A stretch of 63,997 nucleotides of DNA, filler included, from Dirinaria sp. TL-2023a (taxonomy: Eukaryota), in the NCBI GenBank assembly GCA_051941275.1. It is 12 parts of 12 records of this genome, joined end to end, with 100 filler letters (N's around TTAATTAATTAA, not from the genome) between each part and the next. Parts side by side here need not be neighbours in the genome. Positions count along the whole stretch, not along the records: positions 1 to 5,301 come from JAVEBF010001689.1; positions 5,402 to 10,694 come from JAVEBF010001690.1; positions 10,795 to 16,080 come from JAVEBF010001691.1; 9 more parts are not named here. One strand, 5' to 3'. Each line of letters starts with the position of its first letter. Position 1 is the first letter of the stretch. Position numbers and translations under genes: made by a program. Below the pieces are notes generated by a model that was not told the DNA's origin, did not search any database, and saw only the letters and a list, made by a program, of their open reading frames with translations. Shown here piece by piece: positions 1 to 11,178 of the stretch.

Positions 1-56
1 GGTTTGGGTTATTATTGGATGGTATTGAGAAGAGGGGGGGCTGGGGGAGGACTCAC

Positions 57-1314
57 GGCGGTTCGGGACGGCCAGACGCAGTCGAACATATCTGCCCCCA
101 GGGCGATGGAGACGACGAGGTCTTCCGGGTAGCCGACGCCCATCACGTACCGCGGTTTGTGCGCGGGCAGCCAGGTGCAGCAGGATTTTACCCTGTGTAG
201 TTTTATTTGTGTGACTGTGAGTCCGGTTTTGTGTCGCCCGTTTGTCAATGGAATTGGGAAGGGGGTGGACGGACAAAAAGAAGACATCGGCTACGTTAAA
301 TAGGATAAACTCACACTTTACAATACTTCTCCTTTTCCTCCCCGCCGCTCAACCCACCGATGGCCACGCCCGGCGTATCCCGCTTCACCATCTCCTCGCA
401 GCACCGCTTCCGCAGCTCCAGATCCAGCCCGCCCTGGATGATGCAGAAGAGGTTCTGGCTGTGCGGGTTTGCGTGGGCGGAGATGCAGCGATCGAGCCAG
501 CGGATGGACCGTTCCATGGCCTCGCGCATGCGCGCCGCGTCCGGGGACGTCGTCGCGATAACGTCGTCCAGCTGCATGATGATGTCGCTGCCGATGCTGT
601 TTTGCAGGGCGATGGAGTGCTCGGGCGTCAGCAGCATGGGGGACCCGTCGTCGTCGTCGTGCGGGGAGCGGAATCGCACGCCTTCTTCGGTGACTTGGGC
701 CAGTTTGAGCAGGCTTACCATTTGGAACCTTTTTTTTTTTTTTTGAAAATTATTGGCAAGTGAATCCGAATAGTTTTAGGAGTTTTTTATAAAGTGTGGA
801 TCTTGGGGATTATGAGGGTAGTTTATTGAGGAGGGATAGAGATAGAAGGGGAAAAGGGAGAGATTTCTGGTCTGTCGGCACACCCACCCACCGCTATCCG
901 TCAGGATGTTGCCCTTCCACCCCTGCAACGCGTGCGCGCCCCCGATCTTCTCGAGCACCTCCTGCCCCGGCTTCAGGCCCAGGTGGTACGTGTTGTTCAG
1001 GCACAGCTTGCATCCTGTTTCGGCCAACTGCGTTGGGGTCAGGCCTTTCAGCGTTCCTTGGGTGGCTACGGGCATGAAGATGGGGAGGGGCACGAGGCCG
1101 TGGGGCAACGTCAGGTTCGAGGCTCGTGCTTGTGTTGTCTGCGTCGTTTATTAAATATGGCTTTTTTTTATATTATTAAAGTTGGGATTGAAGGAGGTAG
1201 ATGAAAGGGGTATGGGGTCGATGATGAAATAGAGAAAGAGAGAGAGAGCGGACTGACAGAGCATTTGGCTATTATTTCAAAAGATAAAGCGGGTGATTGG
1301 AGAGAAGCCGGCAT
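57..1314 (-). CDS. QTRT1: Queuine tRNA-ribosyltransferase catalytic subunit (eukaryotic TGT), 3' end runs off the window
   Basis: Spliced exons at about 1314-1258, 1138-888, 728-317 and 192-57 give [119 protein letters not shown]. These are TGT signature motifs; the introns are GT-AG. Confidence 0.95.
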
Positions 1315-1782
1315 CTTTCTTTATAGGCTTTAAATTCTTTGATGGATGGGTTGATTGGTGAAGTAGTCGAATCTAAGGACGTAAGAAAGGGGGTTTCAAA
1401 ATGCTAGACATTGATATCTGACACCATGAAGAGAATTTATTGGAAGATTTCAGGAATCCCAAATGAGCTTTGAGCACCTACAACAGCTGAACGACTACTA
1501 TGTTCCTTACAATTTCATGGATGAGTAGAATTCGCCTAGGAGAAAAGGGATTAACGTACATGTAGGTGGTTGACATTAGGAAGTGCGAACTTTCATAATG
1601 GTTACCCAGTGATACAAGCCCTCTTACAACCCTAGAGTGACTATCAGCGCGCAACCGCTGGCGCTCAGACGCGACGGGCACTCAAAGGATTGAACTCCTC
1701 TTTACAATTCGATCATGGAGCCTTTAGAACGCTACTAATACTCTTAGCTGATTAGCATCGAACGGAGCTGCACAACTGCGCC

Positions 1783-4700
1783 ATGGAAAAAGTAGAGCCA
1801 GAAGGTCATGTCAGTCAACATACCACTCCTTCAGACACTCAAAAATCAACAAACAATGACAAAGGAGAGCTTTCAGACAACTTGAGACGTCTTTCGCTCA
1901 GTACTGCTGCTGCGACAGCTCTTCCAGCATCTTCGCCTCTTTCTACTCCTACAAGAGAGCAGCTTTTAAATGGATCAACAACCCTCACAGGCTCTCAGCA
2001 GCCACAAAAGACGCCCATCCGGCGCATCCCCAGCTCAAGCTCAATCAGCACCAACGATCGCTCTAGAACACCAGTCCTACAGAAACGAACGTCGCTAAGC
2101 TCTTTGCCTGGTGTTGGTGGTAGCCCTTCTTCACGATCTCCAGCTATCCGTCGAACATCTTCACATATCCCCTCATCATCTTCTCCTGGAAGCGGCGCGA
2201 AACCTGAACCCCTAGCACCGGTCGAAGAACCTCCACCGCCCATCATGACAGCTTCAGCACTTGCTCAAGAATATTTCAAGACCGAACTTCAGACGCACTA
2301 CGAGGAGTCTGACCAAGCCCGCGCTTGCAACACTGTGGTCATTCTTCAAGACGACTGCTACGGGCATCGCTACTCTCGGCCACGAACTTCAAGAGCTAGC
2401 CTCAGCAGTATTGTGGAGCGGCCGGAGCGTATACATGCCTCTGTTTTAGGACTAGCGACAGCGTATGTCAGGCTTGGAGGCCGCCATGCCGAAGGACACT
2501 CGCCGCTTCATGTTAAGAAGAGCGCACGAGCTCCGATGCCATTCCGAGTTCAGAAGACTAGGCGAAGCTTGCCACTGACCTCGCAGGCAGTGACAAATAC
2601 TCATGGACTAAAATGGATGAACGAGCTGAAGGCTATGTGCGAAGCCGCCGAAACCAAGCTGGCCTTGAACGGGAAAGAATTGATAAGGCCATCCTCACAG
2701 GAACAGGTGAATGGCAATCCAAAATCCGAGAAGCCGAAGCTTCACGAAGGCGATCTATACCTTTGTTCAGGGTCATTGGAGGCTTTGGAAGGTGCTCTTG
2801 GAGGTCTCTGTGAGGGCATCGATGCTGTTTTTGATGACAGCAGCGCAAAGCGGGCATTTGTCTGCATTCGACCTCCAGGACACCACTGCTCTGCAGATTA
2901 TCCATCGGGCTTTTGCTGGCTAAATAACGTCCATGTTGGCATTGGCTATGCTGCGCTCAACCACGGTCTCACACATGCAGCTATCATCGATTTCGATCTG
3001 CATCATGGCGATGGCTCGCAATCTATCGCGTGGGAGCATAATAGCAAGATAGCATCAATGCCAAAAAACGCTCCGATGTCAAAGAAGGTCGCAATTGGAT
3101 ACTTTAGCCTACATGATATTAATTCCTACCCCTGTGAGATGGGGGACGAGGAGAAAGTCTGCAATGCCAGCTTGTGCCTGGAGAACGCTCATGGGCAGAC
3201 GATTTGGAACGTCCATTTACAGCCATGGAAGACCGAGGCCGACTTTTGGAGGCTCTACGAAGAAAGATACCTTGTTCTAATCACGAAAGCTCGGGCTTTC
3301 CTGCGTTCTCACTCTGAACGTCTTCGCCAAAGTCCCGTACATCCTCAACCAAAAGCTGCGATCTTCCTCTCCGCAGGTTTTGATGCGAGCGAGTGGGAAA
3401 GCCCTGGTATGCAGAGACACCAAGTGAACGTGCCGACAGACTTCTACGCTCGCTTCACGCGTGATGTGGTACGCTTGGCAGACGAAGAAGGCCTGGGCGT
3501 CAACGGTAGAGTCATCAGCGTGCTTGAAGGCGGCTACAGTGATAGAGCGCTTGTGAGCGGCATCATGAGTCATCTTGTCGGATTGACGTCCTTGGAGGGC
3601 TCTGCATCAGCAACTGGTCCGATGAGCAACGGGCTCGGACGGGATATGGCCAGGAGGTTGGGGAGTCTCAATCTTGCTAGCGAGATGGATCGTAGTGCAC
3701 AACCACACCGGGAGCAAGATGTGGAGACGTTTGATTCCGAATGGTGGGCTCTTGCACGTCTAGAGCAGCTGGAGAATCTTGTGAACCCCCCTGCTCCCCC
3801 AGTAGGTCCCAAAAAGCAGCGCAGTGTGGTCGCTCCAACGTATTCGTCAACTACCCAGTCCTTCAGTGCGAAAATAGTGTCTCCACCAGCAGGTCGTCGA
3901 TCACTTTCCGGGTCTGGCACTTATTTCACTTCAGCTCAAACCACTCCAAGATTACCTGAGCAGCCACCGCCTCCAATTGATTGGGCCACCGCCGCGCATG
4001 AGCTCTCGAAGCTACTGATTCCATCTGATCGGCAGACTCGAAGCTGCAAGCCTGAGGAACTCAATGCCGAAGCGAGTCGTGCTCGTAAGGCAAGGCATTC
4101 AACGATTGGCTTACCCGCGGAGACGCCACCCGTTGTCCCGTCTGTTGCAAGCGTGACAGATGGGAAGCGAATGCAGTTGCGGGATAGAACGGGCAAAGCA
4201 CCGAAATACGCATCTGAAGATGAGGAGGAAAAGCCCGTGCCAAAAGCAAACAGACGAAGGACTATCGCTGATCCTGCCCTCCTGGCCCAGGATACCGAAA
4301 ACGCTCCAGCTAAGCCTGTGCGAGCAAGCCCAAAGAAAGCTTCCCAGCCTAGAAATCGGCGCCTCAGCACTGCCTCGAGTGTTGCATCGAACAATAACGA
4401 CAAGCCCGTGGAAGATAGCCTTGGAGCCTCTACGGATCCCCAGCCTCGGAAAGATCCTCTTCTTGTGAAAAAGATTCGTGCACCAAACGAGACTCGTGTG
4501 AATGCTCCCAAGCCGAAGCCTGCCAAAAAGCCACCACCTGTCCCTAGATTTCCCTCTGGAGCCTCGAACGCATCGACCGCAGTAGCAACAATTCCAGAAG
4601 CTGATCAAGCGGCTACTGTTGGGAATAATGAAGTTAAGAACAGTGAAGTTGACAGTCTCGCCTCCAGCATGAAGAAGATGACAATAAAACTGAATATGCC

Positions 4701-5301
4701 GCCAAAGGAAGTTCAAGAGGCGAATGAAGCCAAATTGAAACCCGCAGCTCGAGGAAGGCCAAAAAGTGCAACCACAAAAACTACGAAGACCGTGCAAGGA
4801 AATAAACCAGCAGCGGTACCTTGTACAGTAAAACCTGATTTCAAAAACGCAGATGCCACTATGACTGATGTGCTCAGTCAAGCTACAGAAGGAACACAAG
4901 AACCTAAGCCTCCAGCAACCCAGACTCTGCCGTTGACAACGCCACCGCAAATGCCTCCCAGTGAATCTATAGTCGCCTCTACTTCTAATCCAGGCAGCCA
5001 CGGCCGTTTAGATGAATTCATTCGTGATGCACCACCAACAGAGCAGATCGAGCAGCCCACGATGGCGCCAGCACCGGCATCAGAACCTGCATCCTTCGCT
5101 GCGCCCAACGCTCCCAACATCCCAGCTCAGATATCACCCAGTATGACACCAATGATCCTCCCTCAACCAAATCCGATCCCCAGCCCCACAACGACCCCCC
5201 AATTTGCCCCAAAGCAGGAAGAAGGAAAAACAGAAGCAGAAGAAGTAATCTCACCGCCAGCACCACCAAACATTCCTTACCCTCTCCCGCCCGCCGAAAT
5301 C
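1783..5301 (+). CDS. HOS3: Hos3-type histone deacetylase with long low-complexity N- and C-terminal extensions, truncated at the contig end
   Basis: Intronless ORF with HDAC motifs ERPER, RPPGHH, GFCWLNN, DFDLHHGDG, SLH, SAGFDA and LEGGY. The H.YSRP and LHEGDLYLC segments are typical of fungal Hos3. Confidence 0.9.
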
Positions 5302-5401
5302 NNNNNNNNNNNNNNNNNNNNNNNNNNNNNNNNNNNNNNNNNNNNTTAATTAATTAANNNNNNNNNNNNNNNNNNNNNNNNNNNNNNNNNNNNNNNNNNN
5401 N
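5302..5401. other. Artificial contig linker (first of 11)
   Basis: 44 N + TTAATTAATTAA (stops in all six frames) + 44 N. Identical linkers lie at 10695-10794, 16081-16180, 21461-21560, 26837-26936, 32207-32306, 37577-37676, 42942-43041, 48306-48405, 53655-53754 and 58994-59093. Contig lengths fall from 5293 to 5239 nt. Confidence 0.99.
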
Positions 5402-5845
5402 TTCCCCGTCTTCTTTCGACACTGGGAGAACGCTCCTACTCGATAAGTTACTCATAAATACATTCTGAACCAAATTGTGCGTTTACCCACCACCACCACC
5501 TACGTTTCGGAAACTCTCATCAAAATTTCTGTTGCTACGTGGTGGCTATACCGAGGTACCTCCTACTAGACATTCATAGTCAGTCAGCGAATTGTCCTTT
5601 CTCTTTGCATCTTATTTTGCCCTTACTCGGCAAAATTAATTGGATTCCTACGACCACGAAAAATTCATGTTAACATGCATTGCCATGCCACGTTGTTTCG
5701 TCGACGACAAGCTCATTTCCCTGAGCCAAGTGTCTCGTTCTCATCGCTTGCGGGTGCAATAATAAATTACATACATCCAAGTATCGCTTCCTATGAGGAG
5801 ATGTTGGCCATACACATCGCTAGCAAATATAGTTTTTTTCGGAAG

Positions 5846-7351
5846 CTACAACGTGTATCTGAAGTCGGGGTGATCATCCCCCAAGTTCTCTTGCTCCTGA
5901 GCTGGGAGGTCGAAGCGATAGTCCCTTTGCCCTCGGTCTCTCCGTTTATTCTCCGCACGAAGGCCCAGAAACAAAGCCGTACAGCAGATACCAGCCATCA
6001 TGTTGAGCGCAAACCCAACACCGAATCCCGCGGGGTATTTTGGTGCTTGTTTCGAGATGAACACATTGGATGAGACCAAAGCTGCGCAGTTGCCTCCTCC
6101 AATCTGGAAAGCCGATCCGATAACCCGCCTATACCCCGTACCCAGGTTGTTCATATTCCAGACTACAAGCACAGGCATTAAGATATATACTCCCGCAGTG
6201 ATTGCGAACATTCCGAAGTAACGAGCACCGACGGGTTTGGCCTGTGCCAATTCAATCGTCCACCCAATCATCGCAAGAGCGATGCCTAGCATACAAAATG
6301 TGTAACGGTGTGATACTCGATCGCTGAACCATGCGACGGTTATAGACAGCACGAGTGCAACCATAAAGACCGGGATTGTATGCACTTGAGCTTTCGAAGC
6401 CTTGTACCCTAGTTGCGTAAGTATGGTGGGCTGGAACGAGACTACTGACGATGCCGAGTTATCAGCCCCGAAGTATGCGAGCATGCCTGCCCAGACCTTC
6501 CAGTCGGTCAATGTATTGACGAATGCTCGGAAAGTAAGACGATCTGGCTTTCGATGTCCCCGGTCTTCAGCGAGCCGTTTCAAGAGCAATGCTTTGTCTT
6601 GAGCGTTCAGGAATTTGCAATCTTCGGGCCATGGAGCGATGGTAAAGGAAGCAACAACGCTTATCACGACAGTGATCAATCCTTCAATGATAAAGATCCA
6701 TCGCCAACCTTCATAGCCTCCAACACCATCCATCTTCGCGAGGAGGTAAGCAAGAAATCCACTGAAAGCTCCAGCCAAAATCGCAGCACTGAAGAATATA
6801 GAGTACCGAAATTGGAATTCGTGACGTTTATAGTACGAGCTGATCAGGTACGCACACCCAGGTACGAACCCAGACTCGAAAAAGCCCATGAGCGCTCTAC
6901 AAGCAGCAAGACCTCCGAGATTCCGAGTGAAGCCTTGTCCCATGGTGCAGATGCCCCAGGAGAACATTAACCCGCTTAACCACCATGATGGCTTGGTCTT
7001 CTTAAGCAGCATATTCATGGGAACTTCGAAGAGGACGTACGGTATCGTGAATGAAAATAAGGCAATGTTGTACCCATTGCTCTTCGGTGGGATATGTAAG
7101 CTTTTCTCCAAACCCTCGATCCTGGCATTCGCAACATTTGACCTATCCACGAAGGATACCAGAAACAAGAGAAAAAGGATTGGAAGCAGAGCGAGATCAA
7201 GCTTGAGCAGCAGCTTCTTCTCGTGTGCGTGGTCTGTCATGGGCAAATCTTCGGATGGGTTTGATGCGTATCCTCTCTTTTCTTCGACAGCAGATGGCAT
7301 ATTTGGATTTGAGATTCTAGGGGCTTCTTTCTCATAGATTGGTAGGTCCAT
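5846..7351 (-). CDS. MFS transporter, anion:cation symporter (Dal5/Tna1-like) family
   Basis: 501-aa intronless ORF with about 12 hydrophobic segments and the motifs KLDLALLP, FVDRSNVANARIEG, FEVPMN, CRALMGFFESGFVPG, GGYEGWRWIFIIEG and a C-terminal LGDDHPDFRYTL. Confidence 0.93.
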   Translation of the reverse strand: MDLPIYEKEAPRISNPNMPSAVEEKRGYASNPSEDLPMTDHAHEKKLLLKLDLALLPILFLLFLVSFVDRSNVANARIEGLEKSLHIPPKSNGYNIALFSFTIPYVLFEVPMNMLLKKTKPSWWLSGLMFSWGICTMGQGFTRNLGGLAACRALMGFFESGFVPGCAYLISSYYKRHEFQFRYSIFFSAAILAGAFSGFLAYLLAKMDGVGGYEGWRWIFIIEGLITVVISVVASFTIAPWPEDCKFLNAQDKALLLKRLAEDRGHRKPDRLTFRAFVNTLTDWKVWAGMLAYFGADNSASSVVSFQPTILTQLGYKASKAQVHTIPVFMVALVLSITVAWFSDRVSHRYTFCMLGIALAMIGWTIELAQAKPVGARYFGMFAITAGVYILMPVLVVWNMNNLGTGYRRVIGSAFQIGGGNCAALVSSNVFISKQAPKYPAGFGVGFALNMMAGICCTALFLGLRAENKRRDRGQRDYRFDLPAQEQENLGDDHPDFRYTL

Positions 7352-8112
7352 TTTGGATTTTTGTCTGCGCGCGAGTAACGACCTTTGTCAAAACGACGAG
7401 TCAAACTTTTATCTATGTGTCGAACACCCTTCTTGAGCTATGAGTGGGAATGCGACAACACGCTGAAGGACTTTCAGCAAAAACCACAGCATGAGAAGAT
7501 TTATCAGCCATTCCGGCAGAGGACCAGCTCGAATATCAAGCCGTGTAACGTCCTTGATCGAAGGATTCCATCCCGCCTTAAGATTGCCAGCTACTCGAAT
7601 CCTCTGATACTTGGCAATGGGTATTCTCAGTCTTGGCGGACTAGTACACGGCCTCAGGCGAAGTTGATCGTACATTATTGGTGCGATTTTATCTCACGCT
7701 TGCATTAGGCTGCGATTATCATAAACCCACTGCATTCCATCATAGCCGGCTCCGGTGTTGCTGGTCATAGTCGTCAGCAGGCGCTGCCGATCAGGCTCGC
7801 TGCGTGTCCGCTAGTTGTTGCCTTGTGCACACGCAGGAAGCACGCTGACGACGTGTGTCAATCTCTCGTCTCGACTTACGAAGCACCGAGGCACGTCTAC
7901 TTCAAGTAGCGTGTTATCCGCATGAGCGAGTTATAGAGCTGGTTGTAGCAGTCCTGGTGATGAGCTTTTGAGGCTCACAAATCTGTCACCCCGAATGCCG
8001 GTTGAGTGAGAAGTCCACGCAATTACAAGGCGAAGAGATGGCATGATTGCCTCGACTATTTCTTCATCTGTTTGGGCGGTGGAGACGACATTACGGCCTG
8101 AGGTCACGAAGC

Positions 8113-10047
8113 ATGTTCGCGGATCTGAGCTCCGTCTTCGATGAAGTACTGAATCCAGTTATTTAGGAAATACACGACTTCCATAGCCTTCTTCGAGGCG
8201 CTGTGGGATGTCCGTACCCATACAAATGAGATTAGTAACCATCCATAGCTGATGGTGGCATGTACAGGCAGGAGTAACTCATTGTTTTGTTAACCTCGGC
8301 TCAGACCATCCCAGCATACTCGATGCTATCGCCCAGAACAGCAGAGTTCCAAATGGACGCTTTCCACGAATTATTACTTGCCCGCATGAGGTATGCGAGT
8401 ATTCTCAGCAGGCTCTAACAGGATCATATTGTGCTGATGATTGTGTAGATGGTGGCCTTGTCAATGGCAGATGGCTTTGCTCGTCTCACGAACAAGCCGC
8501 AGGCGGTAATTGTTCATGTCGATGTAGGTACCCAGGCCCTGGGACCTGCTATCCATAATGCCTCGTGCGGACGGGCTCCCGTACTCATCTTTGCTGGATT
8601 GTCCCCATTCACCTTGGAGGGAGAGATGCGAGGCTCAAGAACAGAGTTCATCCATTGGCTGCAGGATATCCCCGAACAAAAGGCCTTAGTTGCGCAGTAT
8701 TGCCGGTATACAGCCGAGATCAAGACCGGGAAGAATGTGAAGCAGCTGGTCAATCGAGCTCTGCAATTTGCGACGAGCGATCCCAAAGGTCCTGTCTATT
8801 TAGTGGGTGCGAGAGAGGTGATGGAGGAAGAGCTGGAGCCTTATGATATTGTTCAAGAACAATGGACTCCTGTTGTAACCGGTTCAATGCCAGAATTGGC
8901 CATCGCGGAAATTGCACAGGCCCTAGTAGATGCTCAACGACCCATGATAGTCACTGGATTTACAGGGAGACGCCAAGAGTCAGTGCCTGAGCTTGTGCGT
9001 CTCGCTGAGCTGGTCAAAGGTCTGCAGGTATACGATGCCGGAACGACCGAGCTCTCATTTCCCTTCAACCATCGTTCCTGTATCAGCCCTACTACAGGCG
9101 CCAGCAAAGCACTCGAGTCGGCCGATTTGATTCTTGTCTTAGACTGCGATGTCCCATGGATCCCTACTCAGCACAGACCTCGCGCCGATGCTCGAATATT
9201 CCACATCGACATCGATCCTCTTAAAGCGCAAATGGCTCTTTTTTACATTCCAGCCACAGCCCGCTATCGAGCAGACAGCTACTCTGCTATCTGCCAATTA
9301 TATGCATACATATCTTCTTCGCAATCTCTCAGCGCAAGGCTATCTGAGCCCATCTACAGAGACCGATGGGACGCTCTTGCTGCGTCACATTCAGCAGCTA
9401 TGGGCGCCATTGCCGCAAAATTCGCCCCTCTTTCCGATGACCCCGATGCAGCGATTACTATATCCTACCTGAGCGCACGTATTCGTGCCCTCGTACCCCA
9501 CGACACAGTCTACGTCACCGAAGCAGTGACGAACCATGTACGTATGACAGAGCAACTGCAGCCATCACTCCCAGGGACATGGTTCACCAAAGGCGCAGGC
9601 GGTCTGGGCTGGGCCTGCGGCGCAGCGCTAGGTATCAAACTTGCCGCCTCACACACCAACCCAGAGGAGAAAGCGTTCGTGTGCTGCATCACCGGCGACG
9701 GATCCTTTGTGTTCTCGCATCCGACAAGCGTGTACTGGATCTCCGCGCACTATTCTCTGCCCATGCTGACCATTGTGTTGAACAACGGCGGATGGGCTGC
9801 ACCACGGCACAGCGCGAAGTTTGTGAACCCGGACGGACCCGCGCAGTATGCTACCAAGGAGGAACTGGGTATTGGCTTTGGCGATCTGCCACCGGATTAC
9901 GGCGCGATTGCGGAGGCGGCAGGGAGGGGTAGGATCTGGAAAGGACGGGTGGAGAGAGTGGGCGATGTGGATCGGGTGTTGGGGGAAGCGATCGCGGTGG
10001 TGAAAGGTGGTAGAGGAGCGGTTGTTGATGCTGTTTTGGGTCCTTGA
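8113..10047 (+). CDS. Thiamine diphosphate-dependent enzyme (acetolactate synthase-like / benzoylformate decarboxylase-like)
   Basis: Exons 8113-8114?, 8167-8209, 8268-8390 and 8449-10047 give (M)KYTTSIAFFEALWD|AGVTHCFVNLGSDHPS..TCPHE|MVALSMADGFAR. The ThDP-binding motif GDGS-x-NNGG is present. Confidence 0.9.
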
Positions 10048-11178
10048 CTTCCACATAAACCCACAACGCGCCCGACTACGTCCTAGTCCTATATGACACG
10101 TACGTTTGAATCACGGTCTGACGATTCAGAGGTTTGACATCCCAAGCCTTGAATTACTGAGCGCTTTCCAATGCTCCTTCCTACCAACAGAATAAGCTCA
10201 TAAAACCTCAAAGCTAAGGTATCCCCGAGAATCACACTTGACGAAAGGACTCTACGTCAAAATCTAATCAAGAGAAAAGAACCCTACCTACCTATACATG
10301 CCATAACACACCTCCTTACCTATTCCAAAAAAAAAAGGAGCTCAAATAGAGAGAATCCCTGATAAACTAAACTTGATACCCAGCAGGGCCGTACACTTTC
10401 TGTGAATCAATCCAAGAGCCATTAGCATCCCGTTGTAGTTCTTCACCGAAGACATCCCCATCCCCATCAAATATCATTCGTTCATTTCTTATGTATTGAT
10501 CGATCGATGTATTATTGGGCTATACTTAGTTTAATGCATTCTATGTAGAATGAAGAAATGCGCTCTTGGAGTTGCGTGAGCCGGGTACCTCATGAAACGA
10601 CAGGATATGGCAGGGGAGAAGGTATAGGGGAATAGATCGATAGATTGATATTCGATGCTCTGTTACTCTAGCAAAGATGGCAAGGTTGGGAGGTNNNNNN
10701 NNNNNNNNNNNNNNNNNNNNNNNNNNNNNNNNNNNNNNTTAATTAATTAANNNNNNNNNNNNNNNNNNNNNNNNNNNNNNNNNNNNNNNNNNNNGGGATG
10801 GGGTGGAGGATATTTTTTAAGTCGTTTTTTTTTTTTTGGTTGGTTTTTTAAATAACAATTCATGGCATTGATCCAGCGAGCGGAGCCATGACGAGGAAGA
10901 GGAAGAGGAAGAGGAATACCGATAAAGTTAATTTGGGGGCTCATCTCATCCTACCCAAACTCCCCTTTCTCCTTTCTCTCGTTTTCTTTCTTTCTTTCTT
11001 AGTATAATTAGCACATCCCTAGACCGAGCCCCCTTTTCAAACAAAACAAAACCAAATAAAATGAACCTATGTATATATATACACGATGACAATACTGGCA
11101 TGTGTGCATGATATCTGATATATAAGAGGGGATGAAGAGGTTTACTCTAGTAAACGACATTGATTTTCTTCTTCTTAT

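Noticed and set aside
1995..5269. Long antisense or overlapping ORFs within Hos3, and likewise within the MFS, ThDP, Hsp70, bHLH and F-box genes
   Set aside because: These are shadow ORFs caused by codon bias of the real gene and show no independent motifs.
7352..8112. TPP riboswitch near the ThDP-enzyme gene
   Set aside because: I could not find the conserved CTGAGA / ATACC / GAACTTGAT elements in the right order.
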